Assembly (NCBI GenBank): GCA_963771175.1
Contig: CAVYSY010000030.1
Location: 192,001-256,000, forward strand
Origin: an uncultured delta proteobacterium
GTDB taxonomy: Bacteria > Myxococcota > Myxococcia > Myxococcales > Myxococcaceae
Length of the DNA stretch: 64,000 nt
Direction: 5' to 3'
The notes under the pieces are model-generated. The model saw nothing but the letters and a program-made list of their open reading frames with translations, searched no databases and had not been told where the DNA came from. Both the position numbers and the translations under genes were made by a program. This document shows positions 1-10,703 of the stretch, piece by piece; the first letter of the stretch is position 1; each line of letters opens with the position of its first letter.

Positions 1-429
1 GTGCTGGGCATGGGCCTGGGCCTACAGGACAAGTCCTCCCGGGACGGCGGGGGGCGGAACCCGGTCTCGAAGGAGGAGCGCGAGCGGCTGCGCGAGCGCT
101 TCGTGAAGCCCCGGCCCGTGGCGGACGAGGACCTGCGGGCAACGGGCTGCGCGCTGTCGGACGGGACGGTGCGGGTGTCGCGGGGGCGCGCGTGTCAGGT
201 GGACATCGCGAAGTCGGGCGCGCGGGTGCGCACGGTGAACGTGGAGCCGCTCTCGGGGAGCCGGGTGGACGTGAAGCTCGAGCCGAAGGGCGGCCCCGCC
301 GTGCCGGCGTCCCTCGACGACCTGGGGGAGCGCCGGGGGTTCGACGTGCCCGAGGAAGGGGCCACGCTCTCGCTGACGTGTACCCAGCCGGTGGGCAACA
401 CCTTCGAGTGCCCCGTGAAGCTGCGCTGA
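1..429 (+). CDS. Hypothetical protein, C-terminal part (runs off the window's 5' edge)
   Basis: Open frame from position 1 to TGA at 427-429 with GC3-rich codons; beta-strand-like C-terminus with Cys residues; convergent with the next gene. Confidence 0.6.
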   Translation: MLGMGLGLQDKSSRDGGGRNPVSKEERERLRERFVKPRPVADEDLRATGCALSDGTVRVSRGRACQVDIAKSGARVRTVNVEPLSGSRVDVKLEPKGGPAVPASLDDLGERRGFDVPEEGATLSLTCTQPVGNTFECPVKLR

Positions 430-432
430 GGC

Positions 433-1212
433 TCAGGCCGTCGGGATGGAGCGCTTGAGCTTCAACACCCGGAAGATGGAGACGAGCGCGCCGACGAGCA
501 GCACCACGGCCCAGATGAGGCCGAGGATGGCGACGATGATGGCGCCGATGGCATCGGTGATGCTCACGAGGATGATGGGCACCCACCCGTGCAGGATGCT
601 GACGAGGGCGCCGGCCAGCAGCGAGGTGAGGAAGAGCAGCACCAGCCCCTTGTTCTGGAGGAAGCGCGGCTGGGCGAGCACCAGGCAGATGCCGGCGGCC
701 ACCTTGAGCGTCATGAGCAGGCCGAGCGTGGCGGAGGCGCCCCCGCGATTGAAGAAGCCCCAGATGGCGAGGTAGGCGATGGTGCCGAAGGGCACGGCGG
801 TGAACAGGGACACCATCAGCAGCAGCAGACCGATGGCGGCCATGAGCATGGCGATGCCGGCCAGCAGGGCCACCACCGCGCCCACCAGGGAGATGACGCC
901 CTGCACCTGCCCGTGGACGCGCTCGGGGATGAGGAGGCTGGCGCCCATGAGCCCGAGGGTGAGCAGCAGCAGCCCGTCGACGAGTGCCAGGTAGGGGATG
1001 CCCATGCCCGGAGTCGGGGGATTCTTCTGCTGCATGGCGAGCACGTCCCCCACGCTCACGTCATCCTGGGCGCCCTCGCTGCGCAGGTTGGCCTTGATGT
1101 CGTCCTCGCTGGCGACGGGGCGGGGCAGGAAGACGGAGGCCCCCACCTCCACGAGGACACAGAGGCCGAGCAACACCAGCGCCGCGATGAACAGAGGCTT
1201 GCGCAGCTCCAT
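433..1212 (-). CDS. Hypothetical integral membrane protein (~6-7 TM)
   Basis: MELRKPLFIAALVLLG start preceded by GGGAG; multiple long hydrophobic segments. Confidence 0.8.
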   Translation of the reverse strand: MELRKPLFIAALVLLGLCVLVEVGASVFLPRPVASEDDIKANLRSEGAQDDVSVGDVLAMQQKNPPTPGMGIPYLALVDGLLLLTLGLMGASLLIPERVHGQVQGVISLVGAVVALLAGIAMLMAAIGLLLLMVSLFTAVPFGTIAYLAIWGFFNRGGASATLGLLMTLKVAAGICLVLAQPRFLQNKGLVLLFLTSLLAGALVSILHGWVPIILVSITDAIGAIIVAILGLIWAVVLLVGALVSIFRVLKLKRSIPTA

Positions 1213-1425
1213 ATGCCCACTCCCCCCGGACCGCGGCCTGCCGCCACGAGCCGGGCGGAGCATAAGCACGGGGACGGGGACCGGCCGCGAGGGGATGCTG
1301 CCTCTGTCCAGGCGCGGACGTGGCGCGGAGCGGCCTTCCGGGGGACGGGCTCGGGGGTATGAAAGCGCTCTCCGCCCTGCTTGTCGGCTTGCGGCGGGCG
1401 GGCCCGTGCACTAGTGCTTCCCACT

Positions 1426-2827
<1,402 letters not shown>

Positions 2828-3052
2828 CGTATCAGGTCACCAGCGGGCCTCGACGTAGGAGGTTGCCAGCAGGTGACTCATGAAGTAGTGTGACAGGAGA
2901 CAACGTGCCTCCTGTCCGGGTGGGGTGGGGGAGCAGGCTGCCGTCCTGCTCCGTACTCATGGGCATCAGCGCTCCCGGGGGACTGGCGTGGCGGACGCGG
3001 AGGGAAGATGCTGAGCCTCGGAACAACCGATTATTGGAGAGGACCCGCTGGG

Positions 3053-3640
3053 ATGACGGAGGAGAAGCAGCCCCCTCATCGTGAGGCCACCTACGAGGAG
3101 CTCGTCGCCCTTCCTCCACACCTGGTGGGGGAACTCTTGGCGGGGAAGCTCATCGCGTCACCCCGGCCGGCGAGCCCTCACTCGGCGGCCAGCTTCGCGC
3201 TCGGCGGGATTCTCTTTGGCCCCTTCCAGCGTGGGCGGGGCGGTCCGGGCGGCTGGTGGTTCTTCGACGAGCCGGAACTTCACTTCGGCAAGGACGTGCT
3301 GGTGCCGGATCTGGCGGGCTGGCGGCGCTCGCGCATGCCCGTGCGCTCCGATGTTCCCAACTTCACCCTCGCCCCGGACTGGGTCTGCGAGGTGCTCTCC
3401 CCTTCGACGGCCCGCATCGACCGGACCCTCAAGAAGCAGATCTACGCCCGGGAGGGGGTGGAGCACCTCTGGCTCGTGGATCCGGTGCTCCGCACCCTGG
3501 AAGTCCTGCGGCTCCATGGGGGCGAGTGGCTGGAGAAGGGCTCCTGGAGCGGCAACGCCCGCATCCGTGTCGAGCCCTTCGAGGCCCTCGAGCTGGAACT
3601 GGACGCGCTCTGGTTCTCCGAGGCGCCCGAGGCCGGTTGA
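3053..3640 (+). CDS. Uma2 family (PD-(D/E)XK) endonuclease
   Basis: ATYEELVALP, EPELH, VPDLAGW, PDWVCEVLSPST, K..IYAREGV.HLWLVDP motifs. Confidence 0.93.
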   Translation: MTEEKQPPHREATYEELVALPPHLVGELLAGKLIASPRPASPHSAASFALGGILFGPFQRGRGGPGGWWFFDEPELHFGKDVLVPDLAGWRRSRMPVRSDVPNFTLAPDWVCEVLSPSTARIDRTLKKQIYAREGVEHLWLVDPVLRTLEVLRLHGGEWLEKGSWSGNARIRVEPFEALELELDALWFSEAPEAG

Positions 3641-3664
3641 GAGCCGGCCCCTTGATGCACGGGC

Positions 3665-4915
3665 TCAGGACACCATGCGCGTCTTGATGTCCGTCTTCAG
3701 GCCCGCGATGGCCGTGCACACCTGGTCGGCCACGTCCTGGTCCAGGTCCATCACCAGGTAGCCGATGTTCGAGTCGGTGCTCAGCACCTGCGCGTGGATG
3801 TTGGCGTTGAGATCCGAGACGATCTTGTTGATGTCGCGGAGCACGCCGGGCACGTTGCGGTGCACGTTGAGGATGCGGTGCGTGCCCGGAATCAACGGCG
3901 ACTCCACCTGCGGGAAGTTCACCGCGCCCGTGGTGGCCCCGGTCTTCACGTACTTGATGAGCGAGGTGGCCACCTCCTTGCCGATGGCCGCCTGCGCCTC
4001 CTCCGTCGAGCCGCCGATGTGCGGGGTGAGGATGACGTTGGGCAGCCCCTGCAGCTCGGTGACGAAGCCGTCGCTGTTGGTCTCCGGCTCCGAGGGGTAG
4101 ACGTCCACCGCGGCACCCGCCAGGTGGCCCGACTTGAGCGCCTTCGCCAGCGCGGGGATATCCACCACCGTGCCGCGGCTCGCGTTGATGAGGTAGCTGC
4201 CCTTGCGCATCCGCGCGAGCTGGGCCTCGCCCATCATCCACTCGGTGGACGGCGTGGCCGGCACGTGCAGCGTCACGAAGTCCGAGGACTCCAGCAGCTC
4301 GTTCAGCGTCGACGTGGCGCGCGTGTTGCCCAGCGGCAGCTTCGTCATGACGTCGTAGAAGATGACGCGCATGCCCATGGACTCGGCCAGCACGCCGAGC
4401 TGCGAGCCGATGTGCCCGTACCCGATGATGCCCAGCGTCTTGCCGCGCACCTCGTGGCTGCCCGTGGCCACCTTGCGCCACTGGCCCGCGTGCACCTCGC
4501 GGCTGCGGTCGCCGAGCTGACGGGTGAGCATGATGATCTCCGCGATGACCAGCTCCGCCACGCTGCGCGTGTTGCTGAAGGGCGCGTTGAAGACGGGCAC
4601 GCCGTTGCAGTTGGCCGAGTTCAGGTCCACCTGGTTGGTGCCGATGCAGAAGGCCCCCACCGCCAGCAGGTTGGGCGCCTTGGCCAGGGCCGGCTCGAAG
4701 ATGTTCGTCTTGCTGCGGATGCCCAGCAGGTGGACGCCCTGGATGCGCTCCTCCAGCTCCTCGGGCTTGAGTGCTCCCTTGAGCCGCTCCACGGAGTAGC
4801 CCTCCGCCGTGAGCATCTCCTCGGCGGATGCGTGGATGTTCTCCAGCAGCAGGACCTTCAGGGGACCTTCGATGGACACCGGAGTAGAGGGCGAGGGGAA
4901 CGTGGAGGTACTCAT
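3665..4915 (-). CDS. serA: D-3-phosphoglycerate dehydrogenase with C-terminal ACT domain
   Basis: GIRSKT, FCIGTNQVDL, NAPFSNTRSVAE, GYGHIG, INASRG, TPHIGGST motifs; ACT domain HRNVPGVL. Confidence 0.96.
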   Translation of the reverse strand: MSTSTFPSPSTPVSIEGPLKVLLLENIHASAEEMLTAEGYSVERLKGALKPEELEERIQGVHLLGIRSKTNIFEPALAKAPNLLAVGAFCIGTNQVDLNSANCNGVPVFNAPFSNTRSVAELVIAEIIMLTRQLGDRSREVHAGQWRKVATGSHEVRGKTLGIIGYGHIGSQLGVLAESMGMRVIFYDVMTKLPLGNTRATSTLNELLESSDFVTLHVPATPSTEWMMGEAQLARMRKGSYLINASRGTVVDIPALAKALKSGHLAGAAVDVYPSEPETNSDGFVTELQGLPNVILTPHIGGSTEEAQAAIGKEVATSLIKYVKTGATTGAVNFPQVESPLIPGTHRILNVHRNVPGVLRDINKIVSDLNANIHAQVLSTDSNIGYLVMDLDQDVADQVCTAIAGLKTDIKTRMVS

Positions 4916-5031
4916 ATGACATCTCGCGTTAGATCCCGCCCTCCAGACTGTCAAGCGGCGGTTGGGTGAAAGCGGGGCCGCCCGCCACGAGGGCGAGCGA
5001 CCCCGAGCCGTTGGAGCTCCGGCCGTATGTC

Positions 5032-6717
5032 CTACTGGATGGTGTAGGCCACCGTGCCGCTGCAGCTGTTGCTGGAGTAGCAGCCGGCGCGGATCTGGTA
5101 CGTGCCGCCCGCGCCCGCGGGCACGGTGTAGGTGAGGTACGAGAGCTGGTTGCAGGAGTCGTCGTTGGAGGCCGCCTGCGTGCCGGACGCGCCGTACAGG
5201 CGCAGGTAGGTGTCGCCGGTGCCGGAGGCGCCCGCCACCGTGCAGGTGCCCAGCTGGATGACCTGGCCGGCCGCGAGCGTCACGTTCTGGTTGACGGTGT
5301 TCTGCTGGGCGCTGTTGGTGTTGCTGGCGCTGAAGGCGAACGAGCCGCTGGTGCCACCGCCCGTGCCGCCCGGCGTCACCTTCCACACCACGGTGCCGCC
5401 GCAGCTCCCGCTGGAGTAGCAGCCGCCGCGGATGGTGAACGAGCCCGCCGCTGGCACGGTGTACTTGAAGTAGGAGCCACGGGCGCCGCTGCCGCAGATG
5501 CTCCCGTCGTCGTTGGAGGCCACGTCGGTGCCCGCGGAGTTCTTCATGCGCAGGTAGGTGTCACCGGAGTTGGTGGCGCCGGCCAGTCCGCAGGTGCCCA
5601 CCTCCACGACGTCGCCCGCGGCGAACGTGAGCGTCTTGTCCACCGTGTTCTGCTGCGCGCTATTGGTGTTGGTCGCGGTGTAGGCGTACGAGTTGGCCGG
5701 GGGCGGCGGAGGCGGCGGCAGGCCGCTGCACAGCCGGGTGCTGGCGTTGTTGGTGGCGGTGCAGAAGGCGCTGATGGCCGGGTAGACGTAGGTGATGTCC
5801 TCGCCGCGGCAGGCCGTCTCGCCGCACACGTTGACGACCTTGCAGGTGCCGCTGGTGACGTAGTCCGTCTCGCCGCGCACGAGGATGCCCGCCACGGTGT
5901 AGGTGCTCGTCTCGTACACGCCCGAGCCCGAGTTGCCACCGAAGGTGTCCGTGCTGGCCACGAAGTAGTCCAGCGTGCCCGAGCGCGCGTCGCGCACCGA
6001 GCCGCCCGCGTCAATCTTGAAGGGAATGCCGCTGCCGCTGCCGATGACGGCCACGTTCTGCCCGGCCGACAGCGCGGTGTTGCCCGTGCGCACCGGCGCC
6101 GGGGTGAAGCGCGGCGCGGCCGACCGGTCCAGCCGGATGACGGCGTAGTCCAGGTTCTGCGTGCCCACCGTGCCCTGCTGGCGCGCCACGATGGAGGCAC
6201 AGCTGAAGATGTCCGCCGTGGTGACCGTCTGCAGCGTGCCCGCCGCCGGCCGGTAGTAGTTGAAGACGAAGCGCGTGTTGGTGCAGTCCGTGGCGCTGGT
6301 GACGCAGTGGCCCGCGGTGAGCACCAGGTCGTCGTCGATGAGCGTGCCGGAGCAGAAGGCCGCCGTGGGGTCGTCCCGGAAGCGCTCGGTGGTGCAGAGG
6401 TTGTAGGCGGAGCCCAGCGTCGAGCCGTTGAAGGTGACGTTGTTGGGGTTCGTCGCGTTGAAGTCCGACGGATTCATCAGCGCCACCGTGGCCTGCTGCG
6501 CGCGCGCCCTCAGCGTGGCGTCGGTGTGCGCGTACACGTCCTGCCGGTTGTCCGTGCCGTAGACGACCGGCTTCTCCTGCGTGCCGAGCGAAGGAGCCTC
6601 TTCGCCCTTCACCGCGTCCAGCTCCTCCGCCGGGCCGCAGCCCGCTGCGAGGGTGAGGGCGCACGCCAGCGCGCCCACGAGGGGACGGGCCTGGAACCCG
6701 GGCCTGGGATGTCTCAT
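5032..6717 (-). CDS. Lipoprotein trypsin-like serine protease with two repeated C-terminal (PPC-like) domains
   Basis: Lipobox LAAGC; triad motifs LTAGHC, LDYAVI, GNSGSG; poly-Pro linker; duplicated TNSAQQNTV...GTC...GDTYLR...SNDD...GCYSS.SC.GTV module. Confidence 0.9.
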   Translation of the reverse strand: MRHPRPGFQARPLVGALACALTLAAGCGPAEELDAVKGEEAPSLGTQEKPVVYGTDNRQDVYAHTDATLRARAQQATVALMNPSDFNATNPNNVTFNGSTLGSAYNLCTTERFRDDPTAAFCSGTLIDDDLVLTAGHCVTSATDCTNTRFVFNYYRPAAGTLQTVTTADIFSCASIVARQQGTVGTQNLDYAVIRLDRSAAPRFTPAPVRTGNTALSAGQNVAVIGSGSGIPFKIDAGGSVRDARSGTLDYFVASTDTFGGNSGSGVYETSTYTVAGILVRGETDYVTSGTCKVVNVCGETACRGEDITYVYPAISAFCTATNNASTRLCSGLPPPPPPPANSYAYTATNTNSAQQNTVDKTLTFAAGDVVEVGTCGLAGATNSGDTYLRMKNSAGTDVASNDDGSICGSGARGSYFKYTVPAAGSFTIRGGCYSSGSCGGTVVWKVTPGGTGGGTSGSFAFSASNTNSAQQNTVNQNVTLAAGQVIQLGTCTVAGASGTGDTYLRLYGASGTQAASNDDSCNQLSYLTYTVPAGAGGTYQIRAGCYSSNSCSGTVAYTIQ

Positions 6718-6866
6718 GGGGAATCGCTCCTGTCTTGGTCTCTTGAAGGGTGGAAAAACATGCCAGACCAGGAAGTCTGGTCAACGCATGATGCCTCAAA
6801 GAGACCGTACCGAGACGAACTTTTGACGGAGCGTGAGGGTGCCGACAGCCCGCGGGCTGGGGCGGG

Positions 6867-7244
6867 CTACTCGTCGTCGGGGTTGCGAAGCCAGGAGATC
6901 GCGGCCTCGCGCGTCTCGAAGGTGCGCGTGGGGATGGTGAGCATGGCCTGCTTCGTCATGCGCCAGGCCTGCAGGCCGGAGGCGGCATCGCTCACCACGC
7001 GCGCCGAGCGCTTCATCCCGTGGAGCTGCGCGAAGGCGTTGAGGCTGGCCATGGTGGCCACCATCTCCGGCGGCATCACCCGGAGCCGTCCCTGGTCGAC
7101 CAGCGCGCTCCAGGGGCCGCCCATCCGGATGATGGTCTCGCGGATGCGCTTGAGGTAGTCCGTTACGTCTTCCGCCGTGGGCTGCGGCGGGTAGACGACG
7201 TCGATGATGCGGTCTGCCTCGTAGACGTTGATCTGGAAGGGCAT
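6867..7244 (-). CDS. STAS/SEC14 (SpoIIAA-like) domain protein
   Basis: 125 aa MPFQINV...; SALVD..LRV, ARVVS and TRTFETREAAISWL pattern. Confidence 0.7.
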   Translation of the reverse strand: MPFQINVYEADRIIDVVYPPQPTAEDVTDYLKRIRETIIRMGGPWSALVDQGRLRVMPPEMVATMASLNAFAQLHGMKRSARVVSDAASGLQAWRMTKQAMLTIPTRTFETREAAISWLRNPDDE

Positions 7245-7399
7245 GCGTTGCTGTGCTCCGGGGTGCCGGCGCACTCTAACCCCAGAGGGCCCCGCGTCGA
7301 AAACCCCTGTCAGTCTTCGTTGCCAGGTTCGTCCCTGCGGCTGGACCGGAACCGCCGCGCCCGAGGGCGTGGAGGGGGTCACCCCGGGAAGGGGGAATC

Positions 7400-7726
7400 A
7401 TGAACACGAAGCTGTATGTGCTGGGTGCGGTGCTGGGGACGGCGCCAGCCCTGCTGCCGGTGGCGTGCCTGACGTGGGGGTCTCCCGCGCACGAGCACGA
7501 GGAGGAGCCGCGGGGTGGGGCATCCCGGCAGGTGAACCGTCCCCTCGGGGGCAACGGCGTCGCCGCCCCACCGCCCGTATCGGGACCGGCGGGCCTGGAG
7601 CCCGGCGTGCCGACGCACCCGTGCGAGCTCATCACCGTGATGCAGGTGCCGTGCGACCCCGCCGCGGCCACGTGCGAGTACACCTACTGGGAGTGCCCCG
7701 AGACCGTGAAGCCGCTCCGGGCGTGA
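7400..7726 (+). CDS. Small exported hypothetical protein with a 4-Cys C-terminal domain
   Basis: GGGGGA RBS before ATG; hydrophobic N-terminus; C-terminal HPC..PC..TC..EC. Confidence 0.55.
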   Translation: MNTKLYVLGAVLGTAPALLPVACLTWGSPAHEHEEEPRGGASRQVNRPLGGNGVAAPPPVSGPAGLEPGVPTHPCELITVMQVPCDPAAATCEYTYWECPETVKPLRA

Positions 7727-7922
7727 GTGCCTGCGGCTCGCGGGCCTCGGGGGTAGGCAACCCCCTGGCTCGGCGGCCTGCCCGTCCGGCACTCTGGAGG
7801 GCGAGCGCCGGGGCCTCGGGGCGCCGTCCTCCTTGGCGCTCCCCCTCCGGGGTTCCTAGCTTCGGACAGGCCACGAGCACGGCTCATGCCGGCTCGGAAC
7901 TCATGAGGGAGGTCCGAAGGCC

Positions 7923-8324
7923 ATGACGACGCGGATGAAGGTGCTGGGAGCGGTGGTGCTGGGGGCGCTGTTGGGCGGTGTGGGGTGCGCCGGGACGAAG
8001 GAGGCGGGGCGCGACGTCGAGTCCGCGGTGCCGGGGCTCTCGCAGAAGAGCGAGGGCGTGGTGACGAGCGTGGACAAGGACGCCAGCCGCATCGCCGTGA
8101 AGTCCGTGGACGACCCGGCCGCGCCCGAGGCGTGGTTCGCCCTCACCCCGAAAACGAAGATGGAGCGTGACGGGCAGGTAGTGACCTGGGACGACCTCTC
8201 CGAGGGCACGCCGGTGCGCGTCAGCTACGAACCGGCCACGGGCCCCGAGACGACGTACAAGCTCGAGATCCTCACCGGCCAGAAGGCCGAGGAGGTGAAG
8301 CAGAAAGCCGAGCACCTGCGCTAG
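7923..8324 (+). CDS. Hypothetical lipoprotein (OB-fold-like)
   Basis: Signal with lipobox GGVGC; EGVVTSVD...TPKTK...LSEG.PVRVSYE pattern. Confidence 0.75.
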   Translation: MTTRMKVLGAVVLGALLGGVGCAGTKEAGRDVESAVPGLSQKSEGVVTSVDKDASRIAVKSVDDPAAPEAWFALTPKTKMERDGQVVTWDDLSEGTPVRVSYEPATGPETTYKLEILTGQKAEEVKQKAEHLR

Positions 8325-8404
8325 GGACTTCCGGCCCGACCGGAGTGACGACACCCGGGAGCGCTCGCGCGTGCCGCTCCCGGGTGGACCCTCGAGGAGG
8401 GAGG

Positions 8405-9019
8405 ATGAGGGCGGCTCTGAAGACGGGCCTCGTGGTGCTCACGCTCGTCGCGGAGAGCGCCCTGGCACAGCAGGGGCTCTCGTCCTTCCTGCGCGCCCCG
8501 TCCGTGATGGTGGGCGGCGGTGTGGAGGGCTACACGCTGGACCTGGCACCCCAGATAGACGTCGGGGTCACCTACGGCGTCTCGGTGGGGCTCCAGCCGA
8601 CCCGCCTCCTGGGCCTGGAATTGGGCTACTCGGGCGCGGTGAACGGGCTCGACGCGAGGGGCGCGCGCGGCAGGGACCTGGAGCGCGACGGGTTCTATGC
8701 GGCGGCCACCGTGAGCCCCTTCTCCTCGAGGGTGCGGCCCTACGTGATGGGCGGCCTGGGCTTCAGCAGCTACAACGTGCGCGGCGGTGCGGTGGGCCTC
8801 AGGGACAACCTCGTGGGCAACGTCCCGCTGGGGGCGGGGGTGCGTACGTCCGCGGGGGCCTTCACCGCCGACGCGCGTCTCAACTACAACGTCCTCTTCG
8901 ATGAGGAGTTCGCCGTCGGCGCGCCCGTCCCCCGCTCGCGCACGGGCGGATCGTCCGACCTCTCCATCAGCGGGAGCGGCCGGTACTCCGGCACGCTCAA
9001 CCTCGGCGTCACGTGGTGA
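8405..9019 (+). CDS. Outer-membrane beta-barrel protein (OmpA-like membrane domain)
   Basis: GGAGG RBS; signal peptide ending ALA-Q; alternating beta strands, RPYVMGGLG, terminal LGVTW. Confidence 0.82.
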   Translation: MRAALKTGLVVLTLVAESALAQQGLSSFLRAPSVMVGGGVEGYTLDLAPQIDVGVTYGVSVGLQPTRLLGLELGYSGAVNGLDARGARGRDLERDGFYAAATVSPFSSRVRPYVMGGLGFSSYNVRGGAVGLRDNLVGNVPLGAGVRTSAGAFTADARLNYNVLFDEEFAVGAPVPRSRTGGSSDLSISGSGRYSGTLNLGVTW

Positions 9020-9197
9020 TGGCCCGCCGGTCCCTGGCGCCAGCGGGCGGGGACTCCACCCCCTGAAAATGTTCCAGCATTCTGGCGGGAGGCGTTGGGG
9101 AGGAGGGGCCAACCCCTTGGAATCATGAGGCTCGTGGTGGCACGCGAGGCGCAAAGGGGGGAGCGCGGGTGGGTTGGGGGAGGTGGGCGTGCGGTGG

Positions 9198-9650
9198 ATG
9201 CGGCTGGGCGAGCTGTGGGTGGCGAGCGGGCTGTTGGCATCGGCGCAGGTGGCCTCCGCGCTCGCCTATCAGGCGCGGTGTCGGTGCAGGTTGGGGGAAG
9301 CCGCCGTGGCGATGGGGCTGCTCTCGTCGGAGCAGTTGCTCATCTCCCTGGCGCAACAGCTCCAGGTGCCCTTCATCCGTCGTGGGGGCCTGGAGCGCGT
9401 GCCTCGGGGCATGGTGTTCTGTGTGCCGCCGCGGGTGCTCGCGCACCTGCGCGTGTGCCCGTTGCGCGTCGAGTGGCGTGACGAGGTGCGGGGCACCGTC
9501 TCCGTGGCCACCAGCGAGCCGGGCAACCTCGCCCTGCTCGATGAACTGGCCTTCGCCACGGGCTGCACGGTGCGTCCCGTGATGGCGCTCTCGGACGACA
9601 TCGAGCACGTGCTGCGGCGCCACGGCATCACGGTCCCACGTGTCGCTTGA
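9198..9650 (+). CDS. Stand-alone MshEN/GspE N-terminal domain protein (putative c-di-GMP receptor)
   Basis: Tandem RLGE..V..GLL....V..AL..Q motifs then VATSEPGNL.LLDELAFATG; no ATPase domain. Confidence 0.8.
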   Translation: MRLGELWVASGLLASAQVASALAYQARCRCRLGEAAVAMGLLSSEQLLISLAQQLQVPFIRRGGLERVPRGMVFCVPPRVLAHLRVCPLRVEWRDEVRGTVSVATSEPGNLALLDELAFATGCTVRPVMALSDDIEHVLRRHGITVPRVA

Positions 9651-10596
9651 GGCTCCACGCGTCCGGCAGGGAGCCGCACAGCCGGCGCAGCACCGGCACC
9701 ACTCCCACCATCACCAGGGCCAGCGCCATGCCGCCCACCAGGTCCACCACGTAGTGGAAGGACAGGTAGACGGTGGTGAAGATGATGGCGCCCACGTGCA
9801 GCACGAGGGGCACCCGCATCCGGGGGAAGGCGCGCCAGCCGAGCCCGAGCAGCACCAGGGACACGGCCGTGTGGGCGCTGGGAAAGGCATTCAACAGGTT
9901 CTTCTCGCTGGCGAGGAGGAAGGCGCGGATGGCGCGGCTGATGGCGCCGCCGCCCAGCACCTCGTCCGCCAGCTCGGGAGGCACGCGCGGGCCCAGCGTG
10001 GGAAAGAGGAAGTAGCCCACGTAGGAGAGCAGGAAGGTGGCCACCGTGGTGAAGACGAAGCGCTCGAACTCCTCCCGGCGGTGTTGCGCGTAGAGGGCGA
10101 GGCCCAGCGCCACCGGCAGCACGTAGTAGCTCACGTAGAGGAGGTAGGCCGCGTCGGTGAACCACGACGGGCGGCCCAGGGCGTGGTGCCAGTGCCAGGC
10201 GAGGTCGCCGAAGAGGTCGTGGTCCAGCGCCGCCCACCGCTCGTCCCAGCGTGCCGGATTGAGGGTGGAGATGGGCGGCCCGATGATGGAGAAGAGGGTG
10301 CCGACGATGGGCATCGCGATGAAGGCGTGGACGAAGCGCCCCACGCGCGAGCGCTCGCTCCACCACGCCGCGCCGACGACGAGCGCCGCGCTGGCGGCGA
10401 GGGCCCCGAGGAAGGGCAGCGGCTGCGGAAGGACGGGGGCCAGCACGGCCAGCAGGGAGATGGAGCCGAGCAGCAGGCGGTCCACGGGGAGCAGACGTCC
10501 CTCGGGACCCCACCACCGACGGGCGTGCTCCCCTCTGGCATTCGTCACCGGCACTCCCTTCCCGTGGAGGGTGGGGGCCGTGTGGGCGGAATGCAA
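9628..10596 (-). CDS. PAP2-superfamily membrane phosphatase/phosphotransferase (PAP2_3-like); start uncertain
   Basis: YFLFPTLGPR, NAFPSAH and TVYLSFHYVVDLVGG motifs; multiple TM helices. Confidence 0.85.
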   Translation of the reverse strand: MHSAHTAPTLHGKGVPVTNARGEHARRWWGPEGRLLPVDRLLLGSISLLAVLAPVLPQPLPFLGALAASAALVVGAAWWSERSRVGRFVHAFIAMPIVGTLFSIIGPPISTLNPARWDERWAALDHDLFGDLAWHWHHALGRPSWFTDAAYLLYVSYYVLPVALGLALYAQHRREEFERFVFTTVATFLLSYVGYFLFPTLGPRVPPELADEVLGGGAISRAIRAFLLASEKNLLNAFPSAHTAVSLVLLGLGWRAFPRMRVPLVLHVGAIIFTTVYLSFHYVVDLVGGMALALVMVGVVPVLRRLCGSLPDAWSLKRHVGP

Positions 10597-10703
10597 CGCT
10601 CGCGGGCCGGGAGTGTCTGGCGGGACTCACGGCGCGGGAGGAAGGCGCGCGCGTCGCCTTCCTCCGGACGCTCTCGGACGGGTAGCTCCCGCCCTGGGCG
10701 CCA

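Noticed and set aside
3053..3640. Uma2 gene as an IS or defence island
   Set aside because: No terminal inverted repeats, target duplication, methylase or other defence genes seen
4966..7158. Long antisense or alternate-frame ORFs (e.g. 4966..7158, 11079..13094, 14283..16850, 21321..24179, 24551..26650)
   Set aside because: Shadow ORFs typical of high-GC DNA; Arg/Gly/Ala-rich, without motifs, and overlapping well-supported genes
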